Below, piece by piece: positions 26,174 to 39,478 of a stretch of DNA of 64,000 nt. The notes below the pieces were generated by a model that searched no databases, had not been told where the DNA came from, and worked only from the letters and a program-made list of their open reading frames with translations. Every line of letters starts with the position of its first letter. Within the stretch, counting starts at the first letter, position 1. The DNA comes from Piromyces finnis finn. Lineage: Eukaryota > Fungi > Neocallimastigomycota. The stretch lies in contig MCFH01000023.1 in NCBI GenBank assembly GCA_002104945.1, positions 690,362 through 754,361 of the forward strand. Reading direction: 5' to 3'. The position numbers and the translations under genes were made by a program.

Positions 26174-27336
26174 TTTTTTTTATATTATAATATTAATTAT
26201 ATATATATTTATTTTATTTATTATTTATTACTTTAAAGAAATATTATCTTTTGTAAGTATATTATGTTTTGATTTTTTAATGTTCAAAAAAAAAAATATT
26301 TAGAGAAAAATAATTATACTTTTATTAGTAATATTTTACAAAAAAAATCATAATATTTTAGTGACCAATGATATTAATTTAATTTATATTCTTTAATTTA
26401 TATGAATATTTTATATTATTAAAAATTAAAACAAAAAAAATAATAATAATAATGAAATGACACGTGATATTTTTAATTTTTATATAATATACATTGAAAT
26501 ATTAAAATGATTTTTTAGAAAGGCTAAGATGAAAAAAGAATAATGAATTATTATTAAAATGTTCATTGGCAATACAGATACCAAAATAACTTTATTATTT
26601 TAATTGTTAATCTTAAAATTGTATTTCTTTTTTTTTTTTTTTGAAACAGTTCCTAGAATTCCTTTAGTAATATTTACAATTAATTTTTTTGACCGTTTGA
26701 AAAGATATAAAACAAAATAATAATAATAATAAAAAGATATATAAAAAGACATTTTGAGTCAGTTAAAAAAAAATATATAAATATTAAAATTTCAAAAAAA
26801 AAAAAAAAAATAATAAAATAATTAATTTCTTCTTTATCAATGTACAAATTTGAAATGAAATAAAAAATACATAAATGAATATATAAATAATATTTTAATT
26901 TTTTATGGTATTTTTTATTTATTTTATTTTATTTTTTTTTTTTTTTTTACTAACATTATAAAAACAATTATTTATATAATTATAATAATAATAAAAACAA
27001 AAATTAAATATATTTTATTTTTGTTAGAAATTTAAATATTATAATGATATTAATTTATAATGTAAAAAATTTTTAATTATTTTTTATATTATAAAATATT
27101 ATAATATATGAATATTTGTTTAGAAATATATTATTATCTATATTTTTTTTTTCTTTTTTTATCTTTTCATTTTTTTTAAAAAAAGAAAGTAAATATAAAA
27201 AGAAAAAGAAATGAGAAAGGAAATGTATATATAATATATAATTAAAATTAGAAATAATATATTATTTAATCTTCCTTTTTATATATATATGTAAATATAA
27301 TAAATTCTAAGATACTATTTTTAAAGATTATTCGGC

Positions 27337-29536
27337 TTATTTGTTAATACCGTCAATCTTTAATATTCTAGAATCTCTTCTACCTGGAACACTATCTCTA
27401 CTAAGCATGCTTTCTCTGGCAGATAATGTTGATTTCATTCTTTCATCAATTGAAGAAAAGTCCGTTTCACTGTCATCAGCCTTTTCTAAACAGAGCATTG
27501 GACAAGCACCACTTTCATTTGTTCTTGTGTTAATACCCCAAACCCATCCATCATCGTAAATATAGACAACTTCAACAATATCATTTATTTCTAATAATAA
27601 TTCATCATTTAATTGTGGTTCGTAAGTATGTACAGCTCTGTATGGGGTAGAATTTAATTCTCTATCGGTAGATGAACTCATTCTGTTGGAAAGCATTGTA
27701 GATGATGCCATTGAGAAAGTTTTATTTTCTAATTTTGGAATATTTAATTTACTACTTGAGAAGTCATAACTTGTTTCACTTTCACCATAATATTGGGAAC
27801 TAATACGTTGATTAGATGGAGCTTCACTGTATGTACTTAAGAACTTAGTATTTCTATTTTGTTGAATTTCTGGTTCTGGAATTTCAGTCATTTTGACCAT
27901 TTGTGGTTTTGGTTCTTCATTTTCATTGTTTGTATTTAATGGTGGTTGTTCAGATTCATTTCTATCTTGAGATTCAGGTGGTTGAATGTTAGTCATATTA
28001 ACCATTTGTGGTTTTGGTTCTTCATCTTCAATCTTTATAATTGGGGTTTCGTTAGTATTTTGTGAATCTGGTGGTTGAATATTTGTCATATTAACCATTT
28101 GTGGTTTTGGTTCTTCTTCCTTATTATTATTGCTAATTGCAGCAGCTGCAACGGCAGCACCTCCAGCAGCAGATATTGGAGCTGCGTAAATAGCGGCATT
28201 ACTGAATCCATTATTATTATCGTTGTTGGCTTGAACATTTGAAGTAAAGTTAAAGTTTTTTGTGTCACCACTGAAACTAAAATCGTCCATAGGATCATTA
28301 ACTTTATTCATGTTATTCATTTCATTTCTATTAATAAGAACATCATCAGTATTTATATTCTTATTCATACTATTATTTGCACCATTATTCATACTGTTAT
28401 TCATACTATTCATACCAAAGCCTGAAGAAATAGGTGGTGATGAAAAACCAGATGAATTAAAACCTTTATTTTCTGACATTGTTTGGAAAGCTGGCATTCT
28501 ATTTTCTTCATAATATGAATTATTAGGTTTATCTAATGATTCGCCTTTTTTATAAAAATAAATTAAAGCACCCACAACTAAAACAGCACAAATACCACTT
28601 ATTATAATCCATAATCTTGAATTACCTTTATCTTTTGGGTTACTTTCTTTTTGATCATTTGAATTTGTTGTTGAATTATCAATGTTAGCAGAATCCGAAG
28701 TTCCAGTAACAACTGGTTTTTGGACAGTAGTTTGTGTTCCACCATTTGGAACAACATTTTCTACTTGTGTATTGCTATTTAATGAATTACAACAAGAATC
28801 ATTTACTGCGTTACCACAATAAGATCTTGCTTCGTTTATTGTTCTAAATCCTTTAATAATAATTATTAAAATAGTATATAATTAATAAATATTTTATCTA
28901 ATATTACATTTTATGAATAAATTTTATGTATTCTATAGATATAAATTGTTTTTTAAAATAATTACCACAATTAGATTCATTAGTGAAATCAACACAATTT
29001 GAATCTCCCGAAAAATTTGAAGTACTTTTTATGCAACGATTATTATGAGTAGTAATGTTCTTGGAAATAGCAATTGAGTCTAAGCAGGTGTTATAGCTAT
29101 TAACAAGTCCTTGAAATGATTCAAAAAAATCTTTACAAACCGTTTTACAAACTTTTTTTTGAGGCTTTATACAAGAATTTTTACTTGAATTTAAAATAAA
29201 ATTACAAGCTAATGTCTTTAAGTATCTTAGATTAGATGATGAATAAGCTTCCATTTCATTTCTATTACAATTTGAACCTTTTGCCAAATCATATGAAAAA
29301 CTCTTTGCCAAAAATTCGGAATAACTTATAACATAACTATCAAAAGAGGTTACATCTGTATAATGTGGTATTCTATTAGCATCTAATGGAAATATACCAT
29401 TTATTGTATCAATTGAAAAATCTGAAAATCCAGGGCATGATTGAGAATTTGTTAAAGGAATGCATTCACTGTTGATTTTCGTTACTATTGTTCCTAATAA
29501 TAGTATAATCTTTCTTATATTATGTTTTATTATCAT
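27337..29536 (-). CDS. Single-pass receptor-like protein: signal peptide, Cys-rich ectodomain, TM, C-terminal SH3 (2 exons)
   Basis: N-terminal hydrophobic leader. 14 Cys in the ectodomain across the intron at about 28955-28854 (NC|G...FRTINEARSYC). TM 'LWIIISGICAVLVVGALIYF'. SH3 'YRAVHTYEPQLNDELLLEINDIVEVVYIYDDGWVWGINTRTNESGACPMLCL'. Confidence 0.85.
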
Positions 29537-31968
29537 TTTTTTTAGTATGATTTTTTATCTATTTTTTTTCCTAAATTTTATTTATTCTATTTATATTCTA
29601 AACTTTTTCCAAATCTTATATCTATTAATATATTTATATAAATTCAATATTTATTTGATTTTGTTAAGAAATTATAATATTTTATATTTATATTTCTTCC
29701 TTATTTATATTTATATATACTTTTATAAAATTATTTTTATTTTATTTACAAATGTTTTTATATAAATAAATGGATTTTATTTATATGAAGTTTGAAAATA
29801 AAAAAAAAATAAAGAAAAAAAAAAATAAAAAAAAATTTAAAAAAAAATTAATATTAAATTTTATTTATAATTAAATATTAATTTAAATGACTCGATAAAA
29901 AAGAAAAAAAAAAGTTAAACATGAAACTATTATAAAAATAAATAAACAAATAATAAAGATTATAATTACAGTATTAATATATAATTTAGAGTATAATTTA
30001 ATAAATTTTTATAATTTTTAACGACATGGTTTATATAATTATAATATATTGAATTAATTTTAATATATTTATAATACTGATATTATATTTAAAAATTTAA
30101 TATTTTAAATGGTTTTGAAGTAAAGAAAAAAACAACCAAATGTAATTAATTGAACAAATAATTACTACAAATAATATTATATAGTAATTATTATATAAAA
30201 AATAGAACTATTTTCCATCACCAAAGTTAAGTCTTAATATATAGGATAATTACATTAAATTTTAGCTAATAATTAACTGTAATTAGAATAAAAATAATTT
30301 CATTTATATATAACGGTATTAATTGGATTATCTTTCAAAATATATGAAAATTTAATTTATTTCATTAATATTAATAAATTAGTAATATTATTAATTATTG
30401 GTTTGTGAAACAATATAATTATGGTTAAAAGAAATTGAAATTAGAAACTTTATAATATATAAAACCATAAATTAGATTTGTATCCACTGATGTTAAATAA
30501 ATAAATTAAAAATGAACTTTATATTATATATATTTAATAGTTTATATACTATTAAATATAGAAAGCATGTTAACAATATATTTAATAATATATAAGCTAT
30601 TAAAATATAATAATATAATCATGGTTTTTAATTATTAAATTAATAGAATTAATTCATCAATAAACTTTAAAAATTTAAGTTTATTAAATTAATTTAAAGT
30701 CCACTTTTATTTAACGGAAACTTTAAATTGGGATAAAAATAGAAAAAAATTTTTTACAAATGATTTATATATAAAATAATTATAAAAATAAAAATAAATA
30801 ATACTATTATAATAATATATAATATAAAAGATAAAATACTATTGAATTTAAGTTTTACTATAATTTATTTTAGAAGATAAAAATACTACTTCTAGGGAAA
30901 ATATTTAAATTAATAAAAATAATATGACATTTATTATATTGGTTATATGGAAAATCACTGAAAATAATATATTATTTATTAAATCAATAAAAACAATAAT
31001 AATAATATTACATAACAATTTATATTCTGAACTTTAATTCGTCAATTTATATGAAATTTTCATAATTTTCCAAAATAAGAGAAGAAGAATAAAATTTCAT
31101 AAAAAATATAATACTAATTTTTTTTCAGAATGTTTTATTTTTTATTAATGTTATAAACACACCAATTAATTTATTAGCTTATGTTTTCTTTCTTTTTTTT
31201 TTTTTATTCCAAAATATAACTTTAATAATTAATTTTTCATTGTTTTGAAATAGTTTATTTTAGAAATAAGTAGTGAAACCTTAAAATCATGCTTATAATT
31301 ATGAAAATTTAATATTAAAGGTTTAAAAGGAATAATAAATTATAATTTTAAAAATTGTTTACTATTTTAATTGTACATATATTTTCAAGATTTATTTATA
31401 TGAAAATGATACATAATTTATATCAAAGAAATTATTACAATATATTTATATTTAAAATTTTCTTTTTACTGTTTAGCTTATAATTCCATTTATATAAAAT
31501 TACAAATTGAGCAATAAAAATTATTTAAATTATAAAAAAAAAAAAGATGTAAAAGTTGCAATTAAAACTTGTAACAATAATAATTTCTACTTAATTTTAA
31601 CCAAAAAATTATTTTCTTTTTTTTTTTTTTCTTTACATTTTAATATTATAATTATTATTTTTTATTTTATTTTTAAAAATTGTTAAAATATAATATAAAA
31701 AATATTTAAAAAATTATTGCTTTTTTTTTTTAAAAAGCTTGAATATTAATTATACATTAATGTAACATTATTATATGTATTTACAAATCGTGTTTTTTTA
31801 TGATTGGATGTATTTTAATATATTTTCTGATTTTAAAAATCTTATTTTGATATATTAAAAGTTAATTCAAAATTGAATGATTTTAATTAGAGAAAAATAA
31901 TATTTTTCTTTAAATATAACTCAAAAATAAAATAAATTATTTAAAAAAAAAAAAGTAATAATAGAAAC

Positions 31969-32994
31969 ATGGCTCCAGCAATACTGAAATATTTAGAATT
32001 ACCATTTTGTGTTTTAGGTATATACGGATGTTATTTAACATGGGGTATTTTACAAGAAGGAGTTAGTACAGTTAGTTACCCTTCAATAAAAACTGGTGAA
32101 ATGGGACGTTTTAAATACTTTATCTTTTTAAATTTAATTCAATCCATTATTACCTCTATTGTTGCCTGTATTTATTTAATAAGCAAAGGTGAAAAAATTT
32201 CTATTCCAAATAAAGGATTAATATCAAGTTATTTCATTGTTGCATTAATTCAATCAGTTGCATCTCAATTTGGATACAAATCTCTTAAGTACATTAATTA
32301 CCCAACTATGATTTTAGGTAAATCATGCAAACTTGTTCCAGTTGTAGTAATGAATTTCCTTTTATATAAAAAGAAGTACCCATGGAATAAATACGTTACT
32401 GTTGTTCTTGTTACTATTGGTGTTTCACTTTTCACTTTATTACAACCTGCTAAGGCTGGTGCAGCTGAAAAAACTAATAGTGTATTTGGTATTGTTCTTT
32501 TATTAATCAATTTGATTTTAGATGGTACTACCAACTCTACCCAAGATAAAATATTCTCAAAATATAAAATTACCAGTTCACAAATGATGCTTTGGATGAA
32601 TGTTTTTTCATCTATTATTATGACTATTTACTTAATTGCTATTCATCCTTTAGGTAATCATGAACTTGTTAATGCTATTGGCTTCGTAGCTGAACGTCCA
32701 GAAATAATTAAACATATAATATTATTTGGTCTTTGTGGAGCTGTTGGCCAAGTCTTCATTTTCTATGTATTAGGTAACTTCGGTTCTATTGTATTAGTTA
32801 CTATTACTGTCACTAGAAAAATGTTAAGTATTGTTATGAGTGTTGTCTGGTACAACCACAAATTAGTACTTGGTCAATGGGTTGCTGTTGCTACTGTATT
32901 TGCTGGTATTATATTGGATACTGTAGTAGGTATTCAACAAAAGCGCAAAAAGCAAGAAGAAAAGAAATTAAATAAGAAAAATAAGAAAAATTAA
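31969..32994 (+). CDS. HUT1: UDP-galactose/nucleotide-sugar transporter HUT1/SLC35B1 (UAA family), intronless
   Basis: Motifs 'GIYGCYLTWGILQE', 'YPTMILGKSCKLVPV', 'DGTTNSTQDKIF' and 'VTITVTRKMLSI'. Lys-rich C-terminus ending KNKKN (KxKxx ER-retrieval type). Confidence 0.92.
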   Translation: MAPAILKYLELPFCVLGIYGCYLTWGILQEGVSTVSYPSIKTGEMGRFKYFIFLNLIQSIITSIVACIYLISKGEKISIPNKGLISSYFIVALIQSVASQFGYKSLKYINYPTMILGKSCKLVPVVVMNFLLYKKKYPWNKYVTVVLVTIGVSLFTLLQPAKAGAAEKTNSVFGIVLLLINLILDGTTNSTQDKIFSKYKITSSQMMLWMNVFSSIIMTIYLIAIHPLGNHELVNAIGFVAERPEIIKHIILFGLCGAVGQVFIFYVLGNFGSIVLVTITVTRKMLSIVMSVVWYNHKLVLGQWVAVATVFAGIILDTVVGIQQKRKKQEEKKLNKKNKKN

Positions 32995-33691
32995 ATTAAA
33001 ACTAATAAAAAAAAAAAAAAGGGAAGAAAAAAAGATAATAAATAAAAAAAAAAGACATTATAAATTAACAAAATTATATTAAATTTCTCTTTGAATATAA
33101 AATAAAATTATAATTTAAAGGGGATACCCAAATAATATCATATTTTTTTTAAAGAAAATGAAATAATTAAATAAATGAAAAAAAAACTCGCTGTAATATA
33201 AAATAATAATTATTTTGTATTAGTATCATAATTATTACGAAATGTAAAACAAAAATAATAAAATAAAAATAAAAAAAAAATATTAAAATTAATGTTGCAT
33301 GAACTTACGAATATTGTTTATAAACCATTTTTTAAAAATAATAATAAAAAAAAGAGAATCATTAAATATTCTATTATTGTGTGTAATAGATACTTTCAAG
33401 TGAATTTTAAAAAAATAAATATAAAAATTTTTATTAATAAATTATGCTTTACGATTCTATTAATTAATACATATAATTTTTATACAAATTACTAGTTTTT
33501 ATATATAATAAAAATCCTGATATAAAAAGGGTTTAATTATAAATTGATTAAATAATATTGACTTTTTAAAATATAATTTTCTTAAAATAAATAATAAAAA
33601 ATATATTCTTCTTTTTCTTCGTAGTCTATAAATTTTAATGATATAAATGACATGATGAAAAAAAAATAGTTTAATTTATCCCATTCAAAAC

Positions 33692-35255
33692 TTAAATATT
33701 GTTAATAGCACCATCCTTATAGTAACATTTTAAAGAAACCTTGAATTCAGACATTTGAATAAAGAAGTGTTTCTAGAGTTTTACAATTTATTTTAAAATA
33801 TTTAGTTATTAATATTAATATTGATTAGATAATAAATATTATATATTCTAAACTTACTAATAATTGAGCTTGTTCTGGAGTTAAAGTATCACCTTTCTTA
33901 CAAACAGTGTAATCAAATAAGCAGGTAACAACACCAGTCTTAAGAGTAGTTGGTAAACCTAAAGCTCTTAATTGTGGTTCCATGTTTGATGGGAATGCTA
34001 ATTTATCTTCACCTCTAGTAACAGGACCTTTTTAAATATTAATATTTTTTACATTATTTTATATTATATTTAAAATTTAATAATCATTTATATAATTTTT
34101 ATAAATGCTTATACTTTATCTATCTTACCTTCTGGAACAACAAAGTCATGAGTGGCAATGAAACCAGAACGAGCATAGTCTTCCTTCTTGAAGTTTTCAA
34201 AGTATCTAAATTATATTTATAAGCATTATTAAAAAATGATTTATTATTTGTATAAAAAGTAGTTTATATTATACTGTTATTTACTGTTGAACTTCCATTG
34301 GTGGAGCATCGGTAAAAAGTAAACCAACGTTTCCGACTAAACGCTATTTTTTGAAATATACAATTTTATTAATTGATTTGTTTTATTTTTTTAAAAAGTA
34401 TAAACTGAATATTGATAATTACTTCAGCTAATTTACTTAAATTTGGTTTATATTCTTCTTCAGCTGTAGTACCTAAAGCCTTTGCCATAATTTTATTTTT
34501 ACCGAAGAAAAATCTATTTATGGTTATAAAATTTCAATATTGTATTTTCAAAATAATAATATATTTTTAAATTTTAATATTGCTATTTCTTTTTTTTCAT
34601 TTACCTTGAAGTATTCCAATCATTTCTAACTTCCTTTAAATAATAGTTTCTCATATTATCAATGTTGAAAATCCAAATGTATTGATATTTGTCAACGCAT
34701 TTTTGAATCTTTTTGAGTATTATAAATAAAATTTAATAAATTAACTTTAATTAAAGTGCTAAATATTTATAAATAATTACTAAATAATTACTTGTTCAAC
34801 TAAAAGTTCCTTTTCTTCACGACCCTTCTTTTGAGTTTGGGTAAGGGAAACTATACAGTAAATAAATAAATAAATAAAAAAAAGAAAAAAATAAAAAGGA
34901 AAATTATTAATTATTTACAAATTAAATAATTATAATAAATTAATAAATATATTAAAAACTGTGTAAGTAATTTATTGATTTTTAACTATTTATATATTAA
35001 ATAAATTTTTATTGATATTATGAAATGTGTTTTTTTGTTTTATTAATTGAATTTTTATTAAGAAAATGGAGAAAAAAAAACTTCATTTTGAATTAAATTT
35101 CTGTTATACAATTTACTTTATCAAATAAATTTGGTATTTATATCTTTTTACTTTCTTTAAAAAAAAAATATTATCTTTTATATCAATTTATATTATTATA
35201 TACAACTCCATATTATTTGACGCTAACCTAACTTAGATCTCTTTGACTTTGGCAT
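33692..35255 (-). CDS. MRT4: Ribosome assembly factor Mrt4 (uL10-like), multi-exon; missed by the ORF track
   Basis: Exons read [10 protein letters not shown] / [14 protein letters not shown] / '[20 protein letters not shown]' / '[13 protein letters not shown]' / 'GNVGLLFT' / '[10 protein letters not shown]' / '[35 protein letters not shown]' / 'MSEFKVSL..*'. Confidence 0.92.
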
Positions 35256-35709
35256 TTTATTTTATATTTTACTAAAAATTAATTTGAATAAAATTGAATT
35301 TTTTTTTTTAAAAAAAAAAAAAAATAAAAGATTAATTTTTTATAATTTTTAAAAAAATAAACCAATCATTTTTTAGTTTATATATCATTTTTATATTTAA
35401 TTGGATCAGAATATGCGATACACATGATACACATAAATAAATACATTTATTGCATAAATTAATTTTAAAATATTTTAATAAAAATTTTAATTTATAAAAT
35501 TATTTGAGAAATATAAATTAAAAAAAAAAATTTAAAATTTTTTTATCTTATATCTTCATTTATTTTTTTCTTAAAAATTTAAAAAAAATATTTTTTAAAA
35601 ATTCAAATAATTGAATATTAATAAAACAGCAAATTAATAAAATAATTAAATAAAATAACTTATAAATAGAAATATATTACTTATTCTGTATATATAAAAT
35701 TAAATAAAA

Positions 35710-36538
35710 ATGTTTGAAAATTCTTTAAAGAGAAGTAAAGAAAAGGTCCAAAATAAAGACTTTACACCAAAAGAATTAAGCTTTTTAATTGGAGCATTTG
35801 TTCTTCTTATTTACTTAGCTACTTACCCATTCTTTGGTCGCCTCTTTGCTGATATCGTAAATATCATTATAGAAAATATTTTTTAATTTATAATTTTAAA
35901 ATATTTTAATAAAACTCGAAAAGAAATAATAAAAAAATTAAATTTAATTAACAATGATATATAATTTATTGGAATAAATATATATTGTATCCATATATAG
36001 ATTGGATTTGTCTATCCAGCATATAAATCATTCCAAGCTTTAAATTATGGAAATTATGAAAAAAGAAAAGAAGTAAATAGTTTTTAAAATCATAAAATCA
36101 TTATATAATTTTATATACATTTTAACAATAAAATATTAATTTTAAATTAAATTAAAAATAAACATTTTATAGCTTTTATCTTACTGGGTAGTTTTATCAT
36201 TCTTTTATGCTTTTGAATGTGTTTCAAATACACCAGGAAAAGTTAGATTATATTATATTTACAGATCTTTAATAACTCTTTGGTTATATTTACCTCAAAC
36301 AAAGGTAAATTTAAAATAAATAGTATAATTTCAAAATTTTTAAAATAAACAATTGAAATTAATTTTTCTATTTTTCTTTTTTTTTTTTTTTTTTTTTTTT
36401 TTTTGAACTAAAAAAATAAATGACAAATAGGGTGCACAATTTATATACAATAATATTATTAAAGTTGTATTAAAGCATAACCAAAAGTCTATCGATCAAA
36501 CCGTTAAAGATATTTCAAATAAAATGCACTTAAATTAA
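35710..36538 (+). CDS. YOP1: TB2/DP1/HVA22 family ER-shaping protein (Yop1/REEP-like), 4 exons; missed by the ORF track
   Basis: Exons include 'IGFVYPAYKSFQAL', 'LLSYWVVLSFFYAFE', 'LWLYLPQTK|GAQFIYNNII'. These are hallmark REEP/Yop1 motifs, with GT-AG introns. Confidence 0.85.
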
Positions 36539-37877
36539 ATAAATTTTAAACATACACAATTAAATTAAAACTAGAATTAATCTATAAAAAATTAAAATAA
36601 TATTTATACAGCAAAATTATTACATGTAGTAATAAATATTATATAATTTTTTTATAATATTTATATATAAAACATTATAGTACACATAAATTATAATAAT
36701 CTATTAAATTATCTATCTCATTATTAAGAAACAATAATTCTATCTATCATTTAATAAGATTATATTGTTTTTTTTTTATAAAAAAAAAGTTATATAATTT
36801 TAATTATATGGTCGATATTAATTGATTCATAATTAATAAAAAAAAATTTTTTTTCGGATATGTAGGAGTAATTTCTTTAATAAGTAAAATTCAAATATAA
36901 AAAAAATACTTTAATTATTATGTTTTTTTTTTTTGCAAGCATTTTAAGGAAGGTGATAATATAATTTCTATATAAATGATTTGTTTTTTTTTTGTTGTTT
37001 TTTTTTCATATCCTTTAATTTTACATATGAAAAAAGAAAAAAAAATAATAAAAATTAATGGTATATTTAGCTATTTAAATGTTTAATTGGTAATTCATAT
37101 TAATATACTAATTGATAGAATTATGTTTTTATTTATTTATTAAATTATTTATTCATTTATTTATTGATGTATTGATTTGTTGATTTAATCAATAACCATA
37201 TTTCTTTGTATTATATTTATTTACTCATTTATTTATTTTTTATTTTTTAAAACTTTTATTTGTATCAAATAATATTATTTGTTTAATTTAAATTATTTTT
37301 AATATTTGTTTTATATTAAATTTATATTAAATACATAATTATTAATTTTAATATTAAAAACTTTAATAATATTTATTAATTTTATAGATTGTAAATTGGT
37401 ATAAAAAAGATGGCGGCGGTCTATTTAAACTTTTGTATGAAATAAAAACAATAAATACAATAGAAAATGTAAAATGTATTATGTAGCATTCTTTATAATA
37501 TTTTAAAATACTAATTTTTAGAGTTGTATAATAAATTTAAATATGCATCTATATAATGTATAATGTATAATAAATAAATAAATAATTTTATTATTTAAAT
37601 TTAATGAAATATTATTTATTTATATATCATAAACATGGATAAAAAATAGATTAAATATTTATAATAAATTTATATATTAAGTAAATAATAAATAAATATT
37701 TTTAATACATAAGATTTTAAGATTTTTTAGGTATATATAAAAAATTAATTTTCTTTTAAAAAATTATAATATTTTTATTAAAACATAATACTATTATAAA
37801 TACATTTCGAAATTTTATATAAATATTTTTTTATACAGAGGATTATCAATAAATAAGAATAGTGATATAAAATAATA

Positions 37878-38975
37878 ATGTCTGACGATACTGGAAAATA
37901 CGATCAAAATAGTAAAATCAACAAAAAGTTACAATCATATTACTTTAATAATGTGAATAACCATGATGTCAATTTTTCTAAGCCTGTTTCCAAAAAAACA
38001 AATAGAAATTCAATGATTCATATTGATCCAGAAGAATTACCTGAAGTTGAAAGTACTTCTTTAGGTATTGACCTTTCGAATCTTGATTCAATTATTACTT
38101 CTGATGTTCAAGATTTATTTAGTTCTACTTGGAAAGAAAGTGAAACTTCTTTAAATCTTGATTTTGATAATTTAACACTCAATACCCCAACTGATATAAC
38201 TGTAAATAAAGAAATAAATGAAAAAGAAAACAGTATTTCATTAGAAAATACATTAGCTGATATGATTAGAAAAGCTTATGACCAAAATTCTTTTATTTTA
38301 AGTTCAAAAGGAAACTTTGTTTGTTTCTTCTGTAAAGCTGAAGCTTCTATTGGTTGCCCAAAAGATTGCAAAAATAGAAATACTATGAGACAAATGCAAC
38401 AAGACTTTGTATATTTAAAAGAGTTGTGGGAGGTAAATTATTTAATATTGTTATTGTTGATGTTAACATTATTATAAATAGTACATTATTTATTATTTAA
38501 ATAATAAAAATCAGTAAATATCATATATAATGAACTCTAATAAAATTTTATTATTATATAATAATTATAACAGAGTGCAGAATATATGTTACCAAGAAAT
38601 GAAATGGAAGAAAACTTTAAAGAATTTTGTGAAGAATACGAAAAGAGTTCTGAAAAGGATTTATATGTTGAATTTATGAATTTAAAAATTATAGATTGTA
38701 TTAGAAATAATCAAGATAATTTACAAGCTATAGAAGATGCATATAAGTCTTCTGAACCAAAATATGAGTCAGATACATTAATTGGTTTCTCTCGTTTAAA
38801 TAAATTTGAATTTTTAGATATCACTAATAGACAAGCTAATGCTCTGGCAAATGCTTTTAAAAATACTCAACCAGAAAACTTTTCTAAAGAATCTTCAAAA
38901 GAACTTGAGATAATTTATGAAATAATCAGACTTATTTGTATATTTACTTCAAAGGAATTTATTGAAGCAAATTAG
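37878..38975 (+). CDS. Hypothetical protein with a CxxC-x7-C-x3-C motif (2 exons)
   Basis: ORF 37878..38477 is spliced at 'TGG GAG|gtaaat' to 'cag|AGT GCA GAA TAT ATG' into ORF 38586..38975 in the same frame. No family recognised. Confidence 0.65.
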
Positions 38976-39442
38976 AATTTCAATATAGGCCAGCAATTAT
39001 TTATGTTTCTTTGATGAGATATTAAAGAAGTAATTTTTACTTCAATAGTTTGAATAAATAACTTGTAAATTGTCTTAAATGAAACATCCACCTAATTATT
39101 AATGAAAATGATATTTTAACCAACTATATATAATTTTTGTATATAATCGTTTATTGGTATATTACTATTTTTAAAAGAAATTTAATTATATATATTTATT
39201 TATTAACTTATTCATTTGTATCAAAAAAATAGTTTTCTTTTTTCCATACTAAAATATTTAATAAAAACAAATAAAAAGCATTATCATAGTAAAAACAAAT
39301 ATAAAATTTTAAATTAAAAAAAATTAAATTAAAAAAAAACAATATTAAACAAATAAACAAAATTTAAAATAAAAATAAAAAGTTAAGTATTAGAAAAATA
39401 ATTACATTTTTATATGAAAAATAGAATTAGATATAAAGAGTA

Positions 39443-39478
<36 letters not shown>

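Noticed and set aside
8890-32994. Mucorales-type sex locus (HMG gene near a TPT-clan transporter)
   Set aside because: The transporter is HUT1-type and 21 kb away with six genes in between, and no RNA helicase is seen.
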